Source: Candidatus Avispirillum sp.
GTDB lineage: Bacteria; Bacillota; Clostridia; Oscillospirales; CAG-272
DNA length: 33,171 bases
Direction: 5' to 3'
NCBI GenBank assembly: GCA_045632025.1
Contig: JAZQVW010000094.1
Coordinates: 1 to 33,171, forward strand
The translations under genes and the position numbers were made by a program. The notes under the pieces are model-generated. The model saw only the letters and a list, made by a program, of their open reading frames with translations, had not been told where the DNA came from and did no database searches. The first letter of the stretch is position 1; each line of letters starts with the position of its first letter. Positions 8,822 through 17,781 of the stretch are shown here, in pieces.

Positions 8822-9590
8822 TCAGAACGGGGATAAGCAGCAGCCTGTTGTTCACCGTATGCCGAGGCGGTATACCCCCGACATAGACAGACTCGGAGCA
8901 AAAAGAGCACAGCCTGCGGCAAAAAAGCCGCCGCAGAAGAAGGCTCCCGCGCAAAGAAGCGCACCAAAAAAAGCAAGAAAAAGAACCACTCTTGCAGGAG
9001 CTATCCTTGCAGAGCTTGAGGAGCGCTTTGAGGGACTGACCATCGGCCTCCCCTTCACAGCAGAGCAGTTTGCCCGCGTCCTTATTTGCGCGGCGCTCAT
9101 CATCTTCTTTGCAATTCTGCAAACAACTTTTTTTGCAAGATTTAAAATTTTCGGAGTTACTCCCGACCTTATGTTTGCTCTGACCGTTGCCATCGCCTTC
9201 TCGGAGGGCGAAAAATGGGGAGGGATCTGCGGACTTATCTCCGCCGTTGTTATAGACTCCCTCAGCGGCTACGGGCTTACTCTCCTTCCCATACTTTACG
9301 TTGCGGCAGGACTTCTTTGCGGACTTCTCGTGCGCGATTTCTTCTCAAACACGGCTCTTCCGCGAATCGCAGTTATAACCCTCTTCACCTTCGGGCGAAG
9401 CGTTATAACCCTTATCAGCGCATCATTCCTTGTTAATATAACCTTCGTTGAAATCCTTTCAACCATCGTGATTCCCGAATATTTTGCAACTGTTATTATG
9501 TCGGCGCCCGTTTATCTCATATCCTGGGCTTGCTTTATCCGATTCCATAAAACACGAGCAGAAAAAACGAGCTCGGATACACTTTATTGA
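8802..9590 (+). CDS. mreD: Rod shape-determining protein MreD with long basic N-terminal extension
   Basis: Core QTTFF...IFGVTPDL...GGICGL...IDSLSG...LPILY matches the MreD pattern; lies between mreC and PBP2. Start is uncertain (8802 or 8859). Confidence 0.8.
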   Translation: MKPTQNNQNGDKQQPVVHRMPRRYTPDIDRLGAKRAQPAAKKPPQKKAPAQRSAPKKARKRTTLAGAILAELEERFEGLTIGLPFTAEQFARVLICAALIIFFAILQTTFFARFKIFGVTPDLMFALTVAIAFSEGEKWGGICGLISAVVIDSLSGYGLTLLPILYVAAGLLCGLLVRDFFSNTALPRIAVITLFTFGRSVITLISASFLVNITFVEILSTIVIPEYFATVIMSAPVYLISWACFIRFHKTRAEKTSSDTLY

Positions 9591-9631
9591 TCCGAAAACC
9601 AAAATTCTAAGAAAGGACGGGCAGGCAATTT

Positions 9632-11824
9632 ATGAAGCGACGCGACCATCTCCTGCGATATATAGCCCTCGGCTTTATATTTATAGCAGTTTCCCTTGTT
9701 TATATTGCAAGACTTATCACCATACAGATTGCCAGCCAGGACTATTACACGGAATCTGTTGTTGATAAGACCTACACCAGAACCGTGCCTATTCAGGCGC
9801 AGCGAGGCGAAATATACGACCGAAACGGCAATCCCCTCGTTGAAAACGAATACACATATAATCTCTACCTTGACGGCGGAAGCTTTCCCAAGGCTAACGA
9901 CGCAAAGAACGCCCTCCTCCTTGAATTGACTGAAAAGGCAAAGGAAATGGACGAGTTCGACGGCTTTAAGGAGCCTCGAGCAAAGGAAGCTTTCAAAATG
10001 GAGGACGGCAAGTGGACTCTGGACCAAAGCTTTATGGGAACGGTTTACGGAACGAGACTCTCCCGCCTTATGCAGGGACTTAATTTCACTCCCGACGATA
10101 AGGAAGACGGCGGCTGGACAAAGACAGATATTGGAGAGGTGCGCGATGCGCTCCTTCTCCGCTACGGCCTTGTTGATGCCGACGGAAACCAGCTCTATAC
10201 GGAAGAGGAGCAAAAATTTCTCTTCAGCCTCAGACTTGATATGGAGCTGAAAAATTTCTCCTCCGTTGAGCCCTATACGCTTATAACAGACGTTTCCGTT
10301 GCCTTCATCTCCGCTATAACAGAGGGCGGACACAGAGGCTATAACATAAACGTTTCAGCCGAAAGAGTTTATTCCTATCCCGGCTATCTCTCTCACGTTC
10401 TCGGTAGAGTCGGCCACATTCAGGCCGAAAACGCCGACTATTATACAGAGCTTGGCTATTCTCTCAACGCCATCGTCGGAACCTCAGGCGCAGAAAAGTC
10501 ATTTGAAGCATATCTCCACGGAACAGACGGAACTCTCGCTATCGTTGAGGACGAATACGGAAATATCGTCCGCACCTACGTTTTAAAGGAGCCTGTTGCA
10601 GGCCAGGACGTTTACCTCACCATTGATATCGATCTTCAGATGGTTGCAGAAACAGCACTGAAGAATAATATAGAAACCATCGTTGCGCAAGGTGTTGCAA
10701 GCGGAAACGAGCTTAACGGCGAGGACGCAAATGCAGGAGCACTTACCGCACTCAATTCAAAGACCGGCGAGGTTTTGGTTATTGCAAACTATCCCACGTA
10801 TAATCTCGCAACCTTCAACGAGGACTATAAGGACCTCCGCGAGGACCCTGCAGCTCCCCTTTTCAATCGCGCTCTTGAGGGTATCTACGCCCCCGGTTCA
10901 ACATTCAAAATCGGTATGGCGGCAGCAGCTCTTCAGGAGGAAATCATCACCCCCTGGACACAGATACGCGACGAAGGCGAATATCAGTACTACGCAGATT
11001 CGGGCTTTACTCCCGCCTGCTGGATATACAGCGCTAAATACGGGTACGGAACTCATGGCTGGATCAACGTTTCCAAGGCCATTGAGGTTTCCTGCAACTG
11101 CTTTTTCTACGACGTTGGCAGACAGCTGACCATCACAAGAATGAATAAGTATTGCAAGGCCTTCGGTCTTGGAGAAGCAACCGGTATAGAGCTTTCTGAA
11201 AAAACAGGAGTTTTGGCAGGACCCGCAGAAAGAGAAGAAAAGGGCGAGACCTGGTACGACGGTGATACCATTCAGGCTGCCATCGGCCAGTCTGATAACC
11301 TTTTCACACCTCTTCAGATAAGCAACTTCATTTCCTCCATCCTCAGCGAGGGCGACAGAATGAAGGCGCATATCCTTTATCAGGTCCGCGATTACGAGGG
11401 CAATATAACATATGAATTCGAGCCTCAGATCGTTGATTCCATCGAGATATCAAAAGAAAACTCTCTCGTTGTTAAAAACGCTATGAGAAGCGTTATCACA
11501 GAAGGCTCCGCAGTTCGTATCTTCGTAAACTATCCCCTTGCTATCGGCGGTAAAACAGGTACTGCTCAGGTTTCCTCCACAAGCTCCGATAATGCTATCT
11601 TTACGGCATTCGCTCCATTTGACGATCCTGAGATCGTTGCAACCTGCATTATCGAGCACGGTGCCAGCGGTACTGACGCGGGCTATTCCGTTCGCGACCT
11701 CTTCACATCCTACTTTGACGTTGACTATTCTCTTAACGGTGTTGCAGAAGAGGAAACAAACGATAATGACGGCGAAAACGAAACCACTCCCGAAACAAAT
11801 GAAACAAATGAAGAAAATAACTGA
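9632..11824 (+). CDS. mrdA: Class B penicillin-binding protein (PBP2, elongation transpeptidase)
   Basis: N-terminal TM, AQRGEIYDRNG, SxxK (GSTFK), SxN (SCN), KTGTAQ. Follows mreBCD. Confidence 0.92.
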   Translation: MKRRDHLLRYIALGFIFIAVSLVYIARLITIQIASQDYYTESVVDKTYTRTVPIQAQRGEIYDRNGNPLVENEYTYNLYLDGGSFPKANDAKNALLLELTEKAKEMDEFDGFKEPRAKEAFKMEDGKWTLDQSFMGTVYGTRLSRLMQGLNFTPDDKEDGGWTKTDIGEVRDALLLRYGLVDADGNQLYTEEEQKFLFSLRLDMELKNFSSVEPYTLITDVSVAFISAITEGGHRGYNINVSAERVYSYPGYLSHVLGRVGHIQAENADYYTELGYSLNAIVGTSGAEKSFEAYLHGTDGTLAIVEDEYGNIVRTYVLKEPVAGQDVYLTIDIDLQMVAETALKNNIETIVAQGVASGNELNGEDANAGALTALNSKTGEVLVIANYPTYNLATFNEDYKDLREDPAAPLFNRALEGIYAPGSTFKIGMAAAALQEEIITPWTQIRDEGEYQYYADSGFTPACWIYSAKYGYGTHGWINVSKAIEVSCNCFFYDVGRQLTITRMNKYCKAFGLGEATGIELSEKTGVLAGPAEREEKGETWYDGDTIQAAIGQSDNLFTPLQISNFISSILSEGDRMKAHILYQVRDYEGNITYEFEPQIVDSIEISKENSLVVKNAMRSVITEGSAVRIFVNYPLAIGGKTGTAQVSSTSSDNAIFTAFAPFDDPEIVATCIIEHGASGTDAGYSVRDLFTSYFDVDYSLNGVAEEETNDNDGENETTPETNETNEENN

Positions 11825-12464
11825 TAAAAAAAGAGCACTTGAGGCGGATAGCCGCCTTGCCGCTCTTTACCCCGATGCTCTCTGCTCGCTTGAGGCAAAC
11901 GGCGACCCTTGGCGACTGCTGGTTATGGCTCGCCTCAGCGCTCAATGCACAGACGAGAGAGTGAACATAGTTTGCCGCGATCTCTTCAGAGAGCTTCCCA
12001 ACGCAAAGGCAATGGCAGAGGCTCCCATTGAGCAGATCGAGGGACTTATAAAATCCTGCGGACTGTACCGCGGAAAAGCCAAAAGCATTAAAGAAGCATC
12101 ACAAATAGTGATGGAAAAATATAACGGCGAGATTCCCTCCACCATGGACGAGCTGCTGGCTCTCCCCGGTGTTGGACGAAAGATAGCCAATTTGCTGCTT
12201 GGGGATATTTTCGGCCTGGGCGGCATCGTTGCAGACACCCATTGTATGCGTATCTGCGGACGACTGGGCTTTTTCCCCGAAGGGCAAAAGGACCCTCTAA
12301 AAACCGAAAGAATTATGGAAAAGCTAATACCGCGCGAAAACCAAAGCGACTTTTGCCACAGAATAGTGCATTTCGGCCGCGACGTTTGCCGCGCAAAAAA
12401 TCCTCTCTGCGACGCTTGTTCTCTTGCGGACATTTGCCGACACTACGAGGATACATATAAATAA
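11808..12464 (+). CDS. nth: Endonuclease III (HhH-GPD glycosylase with 4Fe-4S cluster)
   Basis: LSAQCTDERVN, HhH motif LPGVGRKIAN, ADTH, C-X6-C-X2-C-X5-C (CRAKNPLCDACSLADIC). The true start is likely ATG 11799 or 11808, not 11538. Confidence 0.93.
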   Translation: MKKITDKKRALEADSRLAALYPDALCSLEANGDPWRLLVMARLSAQCTDERVNIVCRDLFRELPNAKAMAEAPIEQIEGLIKSCGLYRGKAKSIKEASQIVMEKYNGEIPSTMDELLALPGVGRKIANLLLGDIFGLGGIVADTHCMRICGRLGFFPEGQKDPLKTERIMEKLIPRENQSDFCHRIVHFGRDVCRAKNPLCDACSLADICRHYEDTYK

Positions 12465-12481
12465 GGAAGAGGTCTATTATT

Positions 12482-13525
12482 TTGGCAAAGAAAGAAAAAA
12501 ACTGCCGCCTTGGTAAGGTTGGCGGACAGGCGGTGCTTGAAGGAATCATGATGCGAAGCGGAGACAACGTTTCTCTCGCTGTTCGCAAGGAGGATAGAAG
12601 CATCGAGATCAAAAACAGCAAATTCGTTTCCATCCGCAAGAAGCATAAATGGATGAATATTCCTCTTCTTCGCGGTTGCATCAATATGGTTGAGATGCTT
12701 AAGCTCAGCTACGGCACATTGAGCGACAGCATGGATATGCTGGGGATTGATGAAACAGAGGACGAAACAAAGTTTGAAAAATGGCTCCGCAAGGTTTGCG
12801 GAGATAAGCTGATGACTATCATTATGGGCATTGCAATGGTGCTCTCCGTTGTCCTCAGCGTGGGACTTTTCGTTCTTCTTCCCAACTTCGTTGCAATGGG
12901 CGTTAATAAGCTTTACGGCCACCTCACAGGCGGCGGAGTTATTGCAAGCTTTCTGCAGAACGTTATCGCAGGCGTTGTGAGAATCATCATCTTCGTTCTC
13001 TATATGCTTCTCACGTCTCTTATGCCCGATATACGCAGAACCTTTGAATATCACGGAGCTGAGCACAAAACTATCGCCTGCTATGAATCAGGCGAAGAGC
13101 TTAACGTTGAAAACTCCCGTAAGCACAGCCGCTTCCACCCCCGTTGCGGTACAAGCTTCATCTTCGTTATGCTTATTATCTCCATCCTCGTTACAGCATT
13201 TATTGACTGGAACACATGGCCTAAAATAGCAATTATGCTTACAAAGATAGCTATGCTCCCCGTTATTGCAGGCGTTGGCTTTGAATTCCTTATGCTGGCA
13301 GGAAAGCATCCTAATTTCATCACAAAGGCTCTCTCCCTTCCCGGACTTTGGATGCAGCGCATCACAACAAAGGAGCCTGATGACAGTCAGCTTGAGGTTG
13401 CTATCATCGCAATCAAAAACGCTATGCCCGACGTATTCCCCGAGGTTCTTGAAACAAAGGAAGATGCTCCTGCGGAAAATGCCGAAGCAGAAATTGAAGG
13501 AGAGTCCGACTGTGACGCTCAGTGA
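12482..13525 (+). CDS. DUF1385 family membrane protein (YqhQ-like, predicted metal-dependent)
   Basis: Motifs GGQAVLEGIMM, FEYHGAEHKTI, SRFHPRCGTSF, PGLWMQRITTKEPDDSQLEVAI. TTG start. Lies upstream of prmC, as is usual in Clostridia. Confidence 0.9.
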   Translation: MAKKEKNCRLGKVGGQAVLEGIMMRSGDNVSLAVRKEDRSIEIKNSKFVSIRKKHKWMNIPLLRGCINMVEMLKLSYGTLSDSMDMLGIDETEDETKFEKWLRKVCGDKLMTIIMGIAMVLSVVLSVGLFVLLPNFVAMGVNKLYGHLTGGGVIASFLQNVIAGVVRIIIFVLYMLLTSLMPDIRRTFEYHGAEHKTIACYESGEELNVENSRKHSRFHPRCGTSFIFVMLIISILVTAFIDWNTWPKIAIMLTKIAMLPVIAGVGFEFLMLAGKHPNFITKALSLPGLWMQRITTKEPDDSQLEVAIIAIKNAMPDVFPEVLETKEDAPAENAEAEIEGESDCDAQ

Positions 13526-14327
13526 GATCATAAAAGAGCTTGAGGCGGGGGGAGTTGAATCCCCCCGCTTTGATGCTTCTGTTTTAATAGAGCATTACGA
13601 GGGAAAGAGCCGCGCTATGCAGCTGGCATTCCCCGAAAGAGATTATACAAGCGAGGCTCTTGTAAGCGCTGTTTCCCGCAGAAAAAACAGAGAGCCCCTT
13701 CAGTATATTATAGGTGAATGGGAGTTTATGGGCTATCCCTTCAAGGTCTCCCCTGCCTGCCTTATTCCAAGAGCAGACACGGAGCTTCTTTGCTCCCTTG
13801 CTATTGAGCATCTGAAAAATAAGGAAAACGGCAGAATTGCCGACCTTTGCGCAGGCAGCGGCTGTATAGGCATATCAGCTCTTTGTGAATGTCCAAATTC
13901 TACAGGTGTTGCTGTTGAGCTGTACCCCGAAACGCTTGAAATATGCGCCGAGAACGCCTCTCTGAACGGCGTAGCAGACAGACTTGAGCTTATTCTCGGA
14001 GACGTTTGCGAAGACAACCTATGCGGAGAGTTTGACGTTATCGTTTCCAATCCTCCCTACGTTACAGTTGAGGAAATGGAGGATATCACCCCCGAGGTTT
14101 CACTTGAACCGCACCACGCGCTCACCGACGGCGGCGACGGACTTTCCATCATCAGAAGGATACTTGAAATATACCCAAAAAAGGTCAAGAAGGGAGGCAT
14201 CCTCGCCATAGAATTCGGCTGGAAGCAGGGCCCCGCTATGCTTGAAATAGCATCATCCCTCGGACTTTACGCTCATATTCTGAAAGACACGGAAAACCGT
14301 GACAGAGTACTGTTAATTAAGCTTTAG
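13512..14327 (+). CDS. prmC: Release factor glutamine N5-methyltransferase
   Basis: Motifs EPLQYIIGEWEFMG, LIPRADTE, DLCAGSGCIG, VSNPPY, EP..AL.DGGDGL. GTG 13512 follows GGAG. Confidence 0.93.
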   Translation: MTLSEIIKELEAGGVESPRFDASVLIEHYEGKSRAMQLAFPERDYTSEALVSAVSRRKNREPLQYIIGEWEFMGYPFKVSPACLIPRADTELLCSLAIEHLKNKENGRIADLCAGSGCIGISALCECPNSTGVAVELYPETLEICAENASLNGVADRLELILGDVCEDNLCGEFDVIVSNPPYVTVEEMEDITPEVSLEPHHALTDGGDGLSIIRRILEIYPKKVKKGGILAIEFGWKQGPAMLEIASSLGLYAHILKDTENRDRVLLIKL

Positions 14328-14575
14328 TTATTAAAAGGGCACACAAATGTGTGCCCTTTTAAATTGGTCCTTTTTTGAAGTGGTACACAATCTTTAGCAC
14401 CATTTGGAGCATAAATATTCAGTGCATAATTATTATTAACTGCAGATTTGACAAAAACTCCCGTGCCCAAAGAACTTATTACCCATTTATCCTGTAGTGT
14501 TTATAAAAATTCCGGACTTTTTACAAGCAATATATCATAAATTCTCTATGTGTGAACTAAGTATAGCAAATTCAT
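14324..14575 (-). pseudogene. Possible gene remnant; part resembles a ricin-type beta-trefoil repeat
   Basis: GGGAG...ATG at 14575 is in frame with ...QDKWVISSLGTGVFVKSAVNNNYALNIY..., but two in-frame stops (TAG, TAA) intervene. Similarity is by eye only. Confidence 0.25.
14331..14362. terminator. Rho-independent terminator after prmC (bidirectional)
   Basis: TTAAAAGGGCACAC-AAAT-GTGTGCCCTTTTAA. Confidence 0.88.
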
Positions 14576-14616
14576 TTTAATGTTTCTCCCCAACTATCAT
14601 TTAAACATCTATTTTA

Positions 14617-14645
14617 TTGAAAAATAATTAGGTTTATTATATAAT
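14617..14645 (+). promoter_or_regulatory. Putative sigma-A promoter for the lipoprotein gene
   Basis: TTGAAA-17 nt-TATAAT. Confidence 0.6.
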
Positions 14646-14681
14646 GGGATTGTATAATAACACCGAAAGGAAGGGTTATCT

Positions 14682-15359
14682 ATGAAAGCCAAAATGTATT
14701 TATCTCTTATAGCAGTATTGATACTGCTGACTTCATGTGTATACAATAAGCCGGGGCTTGCAGATACTGCCGAAAGCACCACTTACTCAGAACCATATCA
14801 TACTGAAATCTCAGAAACCGAAAATAGTACTACACATATTGAAACATACACAGGGTTCGTTAAAGCAACCGCTGTAACTGTTATTAGTTGGTCAGAAGAA
14901 CAAAATATATATGCAAACTATAAAAGTAAAGACTTACCCTATAAGATTGGCTTTGACGTCCACTCTTCATACGTAGCCTATTCCGATCCTTCTTATATAG
15001 ATCCAACGCTTGATTATGTGGATGCTCAAACCGGAGCCTTAAACTTCACGTTGAGCGGTGTTTACGAGCTCAACGCCCCGTATTTATTCGGAAACGATTT
15101 TCACAGCTACACCCGCGAAGGAAAAGAAACGTCAGCAAATTCCGACAATGCGGGCGGATATTCAGGATATACTGTGGATAAATATGATGAGATAATAAGC
15201 GGAATAAACAAAAACGGATGTGAGTATGTGGTGTACAAAAGCAATACCCTCAGAAATTTCGCTTATGTTAAATTAGATGATCAATATGTCATTGGGTTTC
15301 ATTGCAGCGATACGGATAAATTAATGTTCACAATTGAAAGCGTACAAACCTTGTCGTAA
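14682..15359 (+). CDS. Hypothetical lipoprotein
   Basis: Signal peptide II MKAKMYLSLIAVLILLTS|C, then a Thr/Glu/Ser-rich linker. Has an RBS (GAAAGGAAGG), a promoter and a downstream terminator. No recognisable domain. Confidence 0.75.
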   Translation: MKAKMYLSLIAVLILLTSCVYNKPGLADTAESTTYSEPYHTEISETENSTTHIETYTGFVKATAVTVISWSEEQNIYANYKSKDLPYKIGFDVHSSYVAYSDPSYIDPTLDYVDAQTGALNFTLSGVYELNAPYLFGNDFHSYTREGKETSANSDNAGGYSGYTVDKYDEIISGINKNGCEYVVYKSNTLRNFAYVKLDDQYVIGFHCSDTDKLMFTIESVQTLS

Positions 15360-15381
15360 CAAAACTAATATAAACAACAAT

Positions 15382-15411
15382 AAAAGCTTACGCTGCCGCG
15401 TAAGCTTTTTA
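15382..15411. terminator. Bidirectional terminator between the convergent lipoprotein and EamA genes
   Basis: AAAAGCTTACGC-TGCC-GCGTAAGCTTTTT. Confidence 0.88.
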
Positions 15412-15419
15412 TTATGCAA

Positions 15420-16283
15420 TTATTTGGAAGCTACAAAGGTTGAGCCGAGAATGAGCACCGCTCCGATGATGCCGTATACAGACATAGGCTCGGAAAGAAG
15501 GAGAGCTGAGAGGATGATTGCAACGACAGGATCGATATAACTGAAGATCGCCGCTGTTTGCACGGGAAGCGCCTTAACAGATGCGAAATAAAGCGCATAA
15601 GCAAGGCCTGTATGCACCGCGCCGAGAACAAGAAGAACGATAATAGCCTTGGGAGTAAACGCCGCGGCAGTTATTTCCTCGGTCAAAAGTGTATAGGGCA
15701 AAATAGTTATGCCTGCAAAGAAAAGCTGGACGATGGTTATATCATATGAGGAAATATCCTTAAGCTTTTTATTAAGCAGAACCACCGACGCATAAAAAAC
15801 AGCCGCGCCCGCTCCAAGAAGCATACCTCTCGCGCCAACGATGCCGTTTTCAACAACGCCCGACACAAGCACTATACCAATGAGGGCACAAGCAATACAA
15901 GCAAGCTTCTTTATTGTAAGCCTCTCCTTTAACACGAAGGGGGAAGCTATAATAACGAAAACGGGTGAAAGATAATAGAAAAGAGTTGCCGTTGCAACAG
16001 TGGTATAATTATAAGCCTCAAAAAGAAGTATCCAGTTTATGCCCATAAAGGCTCCGGAAAGAACGAGGGGTAACAGATTTTTCTTTATAGCCGCAAAATC
16101 GATCTTTGTTTTTGAAAAAAACATTACGGCAAGAAGGAAAAGAGTTCCCATAATTCCTCGCACAAAGGCGATAAAGCCCGAGGGGAGCGAAACGTGACGC
16201 ACAAAAACGCCGATGGTGCCGAAAATAAACATTGCCAGGGTGATCTTCAATATGGCAATGCTTTTGTTTGAATTTTCTTTCAT
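15420..16283 (-). CDS. EamA/DMT family transporter
   Basis: About 10 hydrophobic helices in two repeats; motifs FGTIG.FVR, LFEAYNYTTVATATL.YY..PVF, LKERL, HTGLAY.LYF, SYIDPVVA. Confidence 0.93.
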   Translation of the reverse strand: MKENSNKSIAILKITLAMFIFGTIGVFVRHVSLPSGFIAFVRGIMGTLFLLAVMFFSKTKIDFAAIKKNLLPLVLSGAFMGINWILLFEAYNYTTVATATLFYYLSPVFVIIASPFVLKERLTIKKLACIACALIGIVLVSGVVENGIVGARGMLLGAGAAVFYASVVLLNKKLKDISSYDITIVQLFFAGITILPYTLLTEEITAAAFTPKAIIVLLVLGAVHTGLAYALYFASVKALPVQTAAIFSYIDPVVAIILSALLLSEPMSVYGIIGAVLILGSTFVASK

Positions 16284-16310
16284 AGAAATCCTCTAAAAAA
16301 TAATATACCC

Positions 16311-16340
16311 CATTTTAGCACACTAAAATGCTATTTTCAA
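16311..16340 (-). promoter_or_regulatory. Sigma-A promoter for the EamA gene with overlapping palindromic operator
   Basis: Minus strand reads TTGAAA-17 nt-TAAAAT with TG extension. The inverted repeat CATTTTAG-CACA-CTAAAATG (16311-16330) covers the -10. Confidence 0.6.
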
Positions 16341-16369
16341 CACGATTGTTACTGTTTGCAACCTTTTCC

Positions 16370-16398
16370 TTGCAAATAATGGAAAAATGTATTATACT
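16370..16398 (+). promoter_or_regulatory. Putative sigma-A promoter for the acyltransferase gene
   Basis: TTGCAA-17 nt-TATACT. Confidence 0.6.
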
Positions 16399-16427
16399 GA
16401 TAGTTAGTACAAGTGAGGTATAAAAAT

Positions 16428-17711
16428 ATGGACGTTAATTATAAAAATAAAAAGCCCTATAACACAGCCAAGCTTCCTATAAGACAGCCCCTTTTTATGA
16501 TGGGTCTTCTCACCCTTGTCAGCAAGATCGGAATGCCCAAGGTTCCATATAAAATAGAAAAATTCAATATGGAGGGGCTGAAGCCTCCCTATATTCTACT
16601 GAGCAACCATATGTATTTCGTTGATTTTCAGCTCTCCGCTATGGCAACCTTCCCTCACAGAGTTAACAACGTTGCCACAATCGACGGATACTATCGCCGT
16701 CCCTTTATTATGGAGCTTCTTGGATGCATCTGCAAGAGAAAGTTCACAACGGATATGCATCTGCTTCGCTCCATCCGCCACGTTCTGAAGAAAAACGGTG
16801 ACGTTCTTTGTATGTATCCCGAAGCAAGATATTCCCCCGTTGGAACAACGGCAATTTTACCCGAATCTCTTGGAATGCTCCTTAAGCGCTCAGGCGTTCC
16901 CGTTGTTGTTCTGCTTCATCACGGAAACTATCTGCACACACCCTTCTGGAATTATCGCAAGCCCAGAAAGGTTCCGCTTTATACAACCATGACTCAGGTC
17001 CTCACAGCGGAGGACGTTGAAAAAATGTCCTACGAGGAGATAAACGAGGTGGTTACAAAGGCGCTGACCTATGACGAATATAAGTGGCAGGTTGAAAACA
17101 ACATTCGCATCACAGAGCCTTATCGCGCAGAAGGGCTCCACAAGGTGCTTTACCAGTGCCCCGCCTGCAAGGCAGAGCATAAGATGGCATCTGAGGGCGC
17201 TGAAATATTCTGCCGCGAGTGCGGCAAGAGATGGGAAATGGATGAGCTTGGCAGACTGAACGCCAAGGAAGGCGAAACAGAATTTTCTCACGTTCCCGAT
17301 TGGTATGAATGGCAGAGAAAAATGGTTCGCGAGGAGATCGAGCGCGGAGAATACTCCTTCTCCGACACGGTTGACGTACATTCTCTCCCCCGTTGTATGC
17401 GCTTTGAGCATCTTGGCGAGGCTAAGCTGACTCACGATGCCGAAACCGGCTTCGTTCTCGAAGGAGAGTACAGAGGCGAGCCTTACAGAATCGAGCGCAA
17501 GCCCCTTGGTATGTACGGTGTTCACATTGAATACGACTACTGCTACATCAAGCCTCTTGACTGCATTGATATTTCAACCGATAACGACTCCTTCTATTGC
17601 TATCCCACAAAGGAAAACGTTGTTACAAAGCTTTCTCTTGCAACAGAAGAGATCTACAAGATAGAAAAAGCTAAGGTTGACGCAAAGAAAGCGGCTCGCA
17701 AAAAAGCTTAA
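16428..17711 (+). CDS. PlsC-like (lysophospholipid) acyltransferase with C-terminal Zn-ribbon extension
   Basis: Block I NHxxxxD (SNHMYFVD) and block III YPEA, then CPAC...CREC and a further ~140 aa domain. ATG 16428 follows GAGGT. Confidence 0.8.
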   Translation: MDVNYKNKKPYNTAKLPIRQPLFMMGLLTLVSKIGMPKVPYKIEKFNMEGLKPPYILLSNHMYFVDFQLSAMATFPHRVNNVATIDGYYRRPFIMELLGCICKRKFTTDMHLLRSIRHVLKKNGDVLCMYPEARYSPVGTTAILPESLGMLLKRSGVPVVVLLHHGNYLHTPFWNYRKPRKVPLYTTMTQVLTAEDVEKMSYEEINEVVTKALTYDEYKWQVENNIRITEPYRAEGLHKVLYQCPACKAEHKMASEGAEIFCRECGKRWEMDELGRLNAKEGETEFSHVPDWYEWQRKMVREEIERGEYSFSDTVDVHSLPRCMRFEHLGEAKLTHDAETGFVLEGEYRGEPYRIERKPLGMYGVHIEYDYCYIKPLDCIDISTDNDSFYCYPTKENVVTKLSLATEEIYKIEKAKVDAKKAARKKA

Positions 17712-17719
17712 TAAGCATT

Positions 17720-17750
17720 AAAAAAGCTCCCGATTTTCGGGAGCTTTTTA
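17720..17750. terminator. Bidirectional terminator between the acyltransferase gene and infB
   Basis: AAAAAAGCTCCCGA-TTT-TCGGGAGCTTTTT. Confidence 0.9.
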
Positions 17751-17781
17751 TTTTTATTTGCTTTATCTTCAGTCTGCAAAA

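Noticed and set aside
11538-11798. N-terminal extensions of nth (and of prmC from 13266, zapA from 2954) in the ORF track
   Set aside because: They overlap upstream genes or promoter DNA. Homology and RBS position support the downstream starts.
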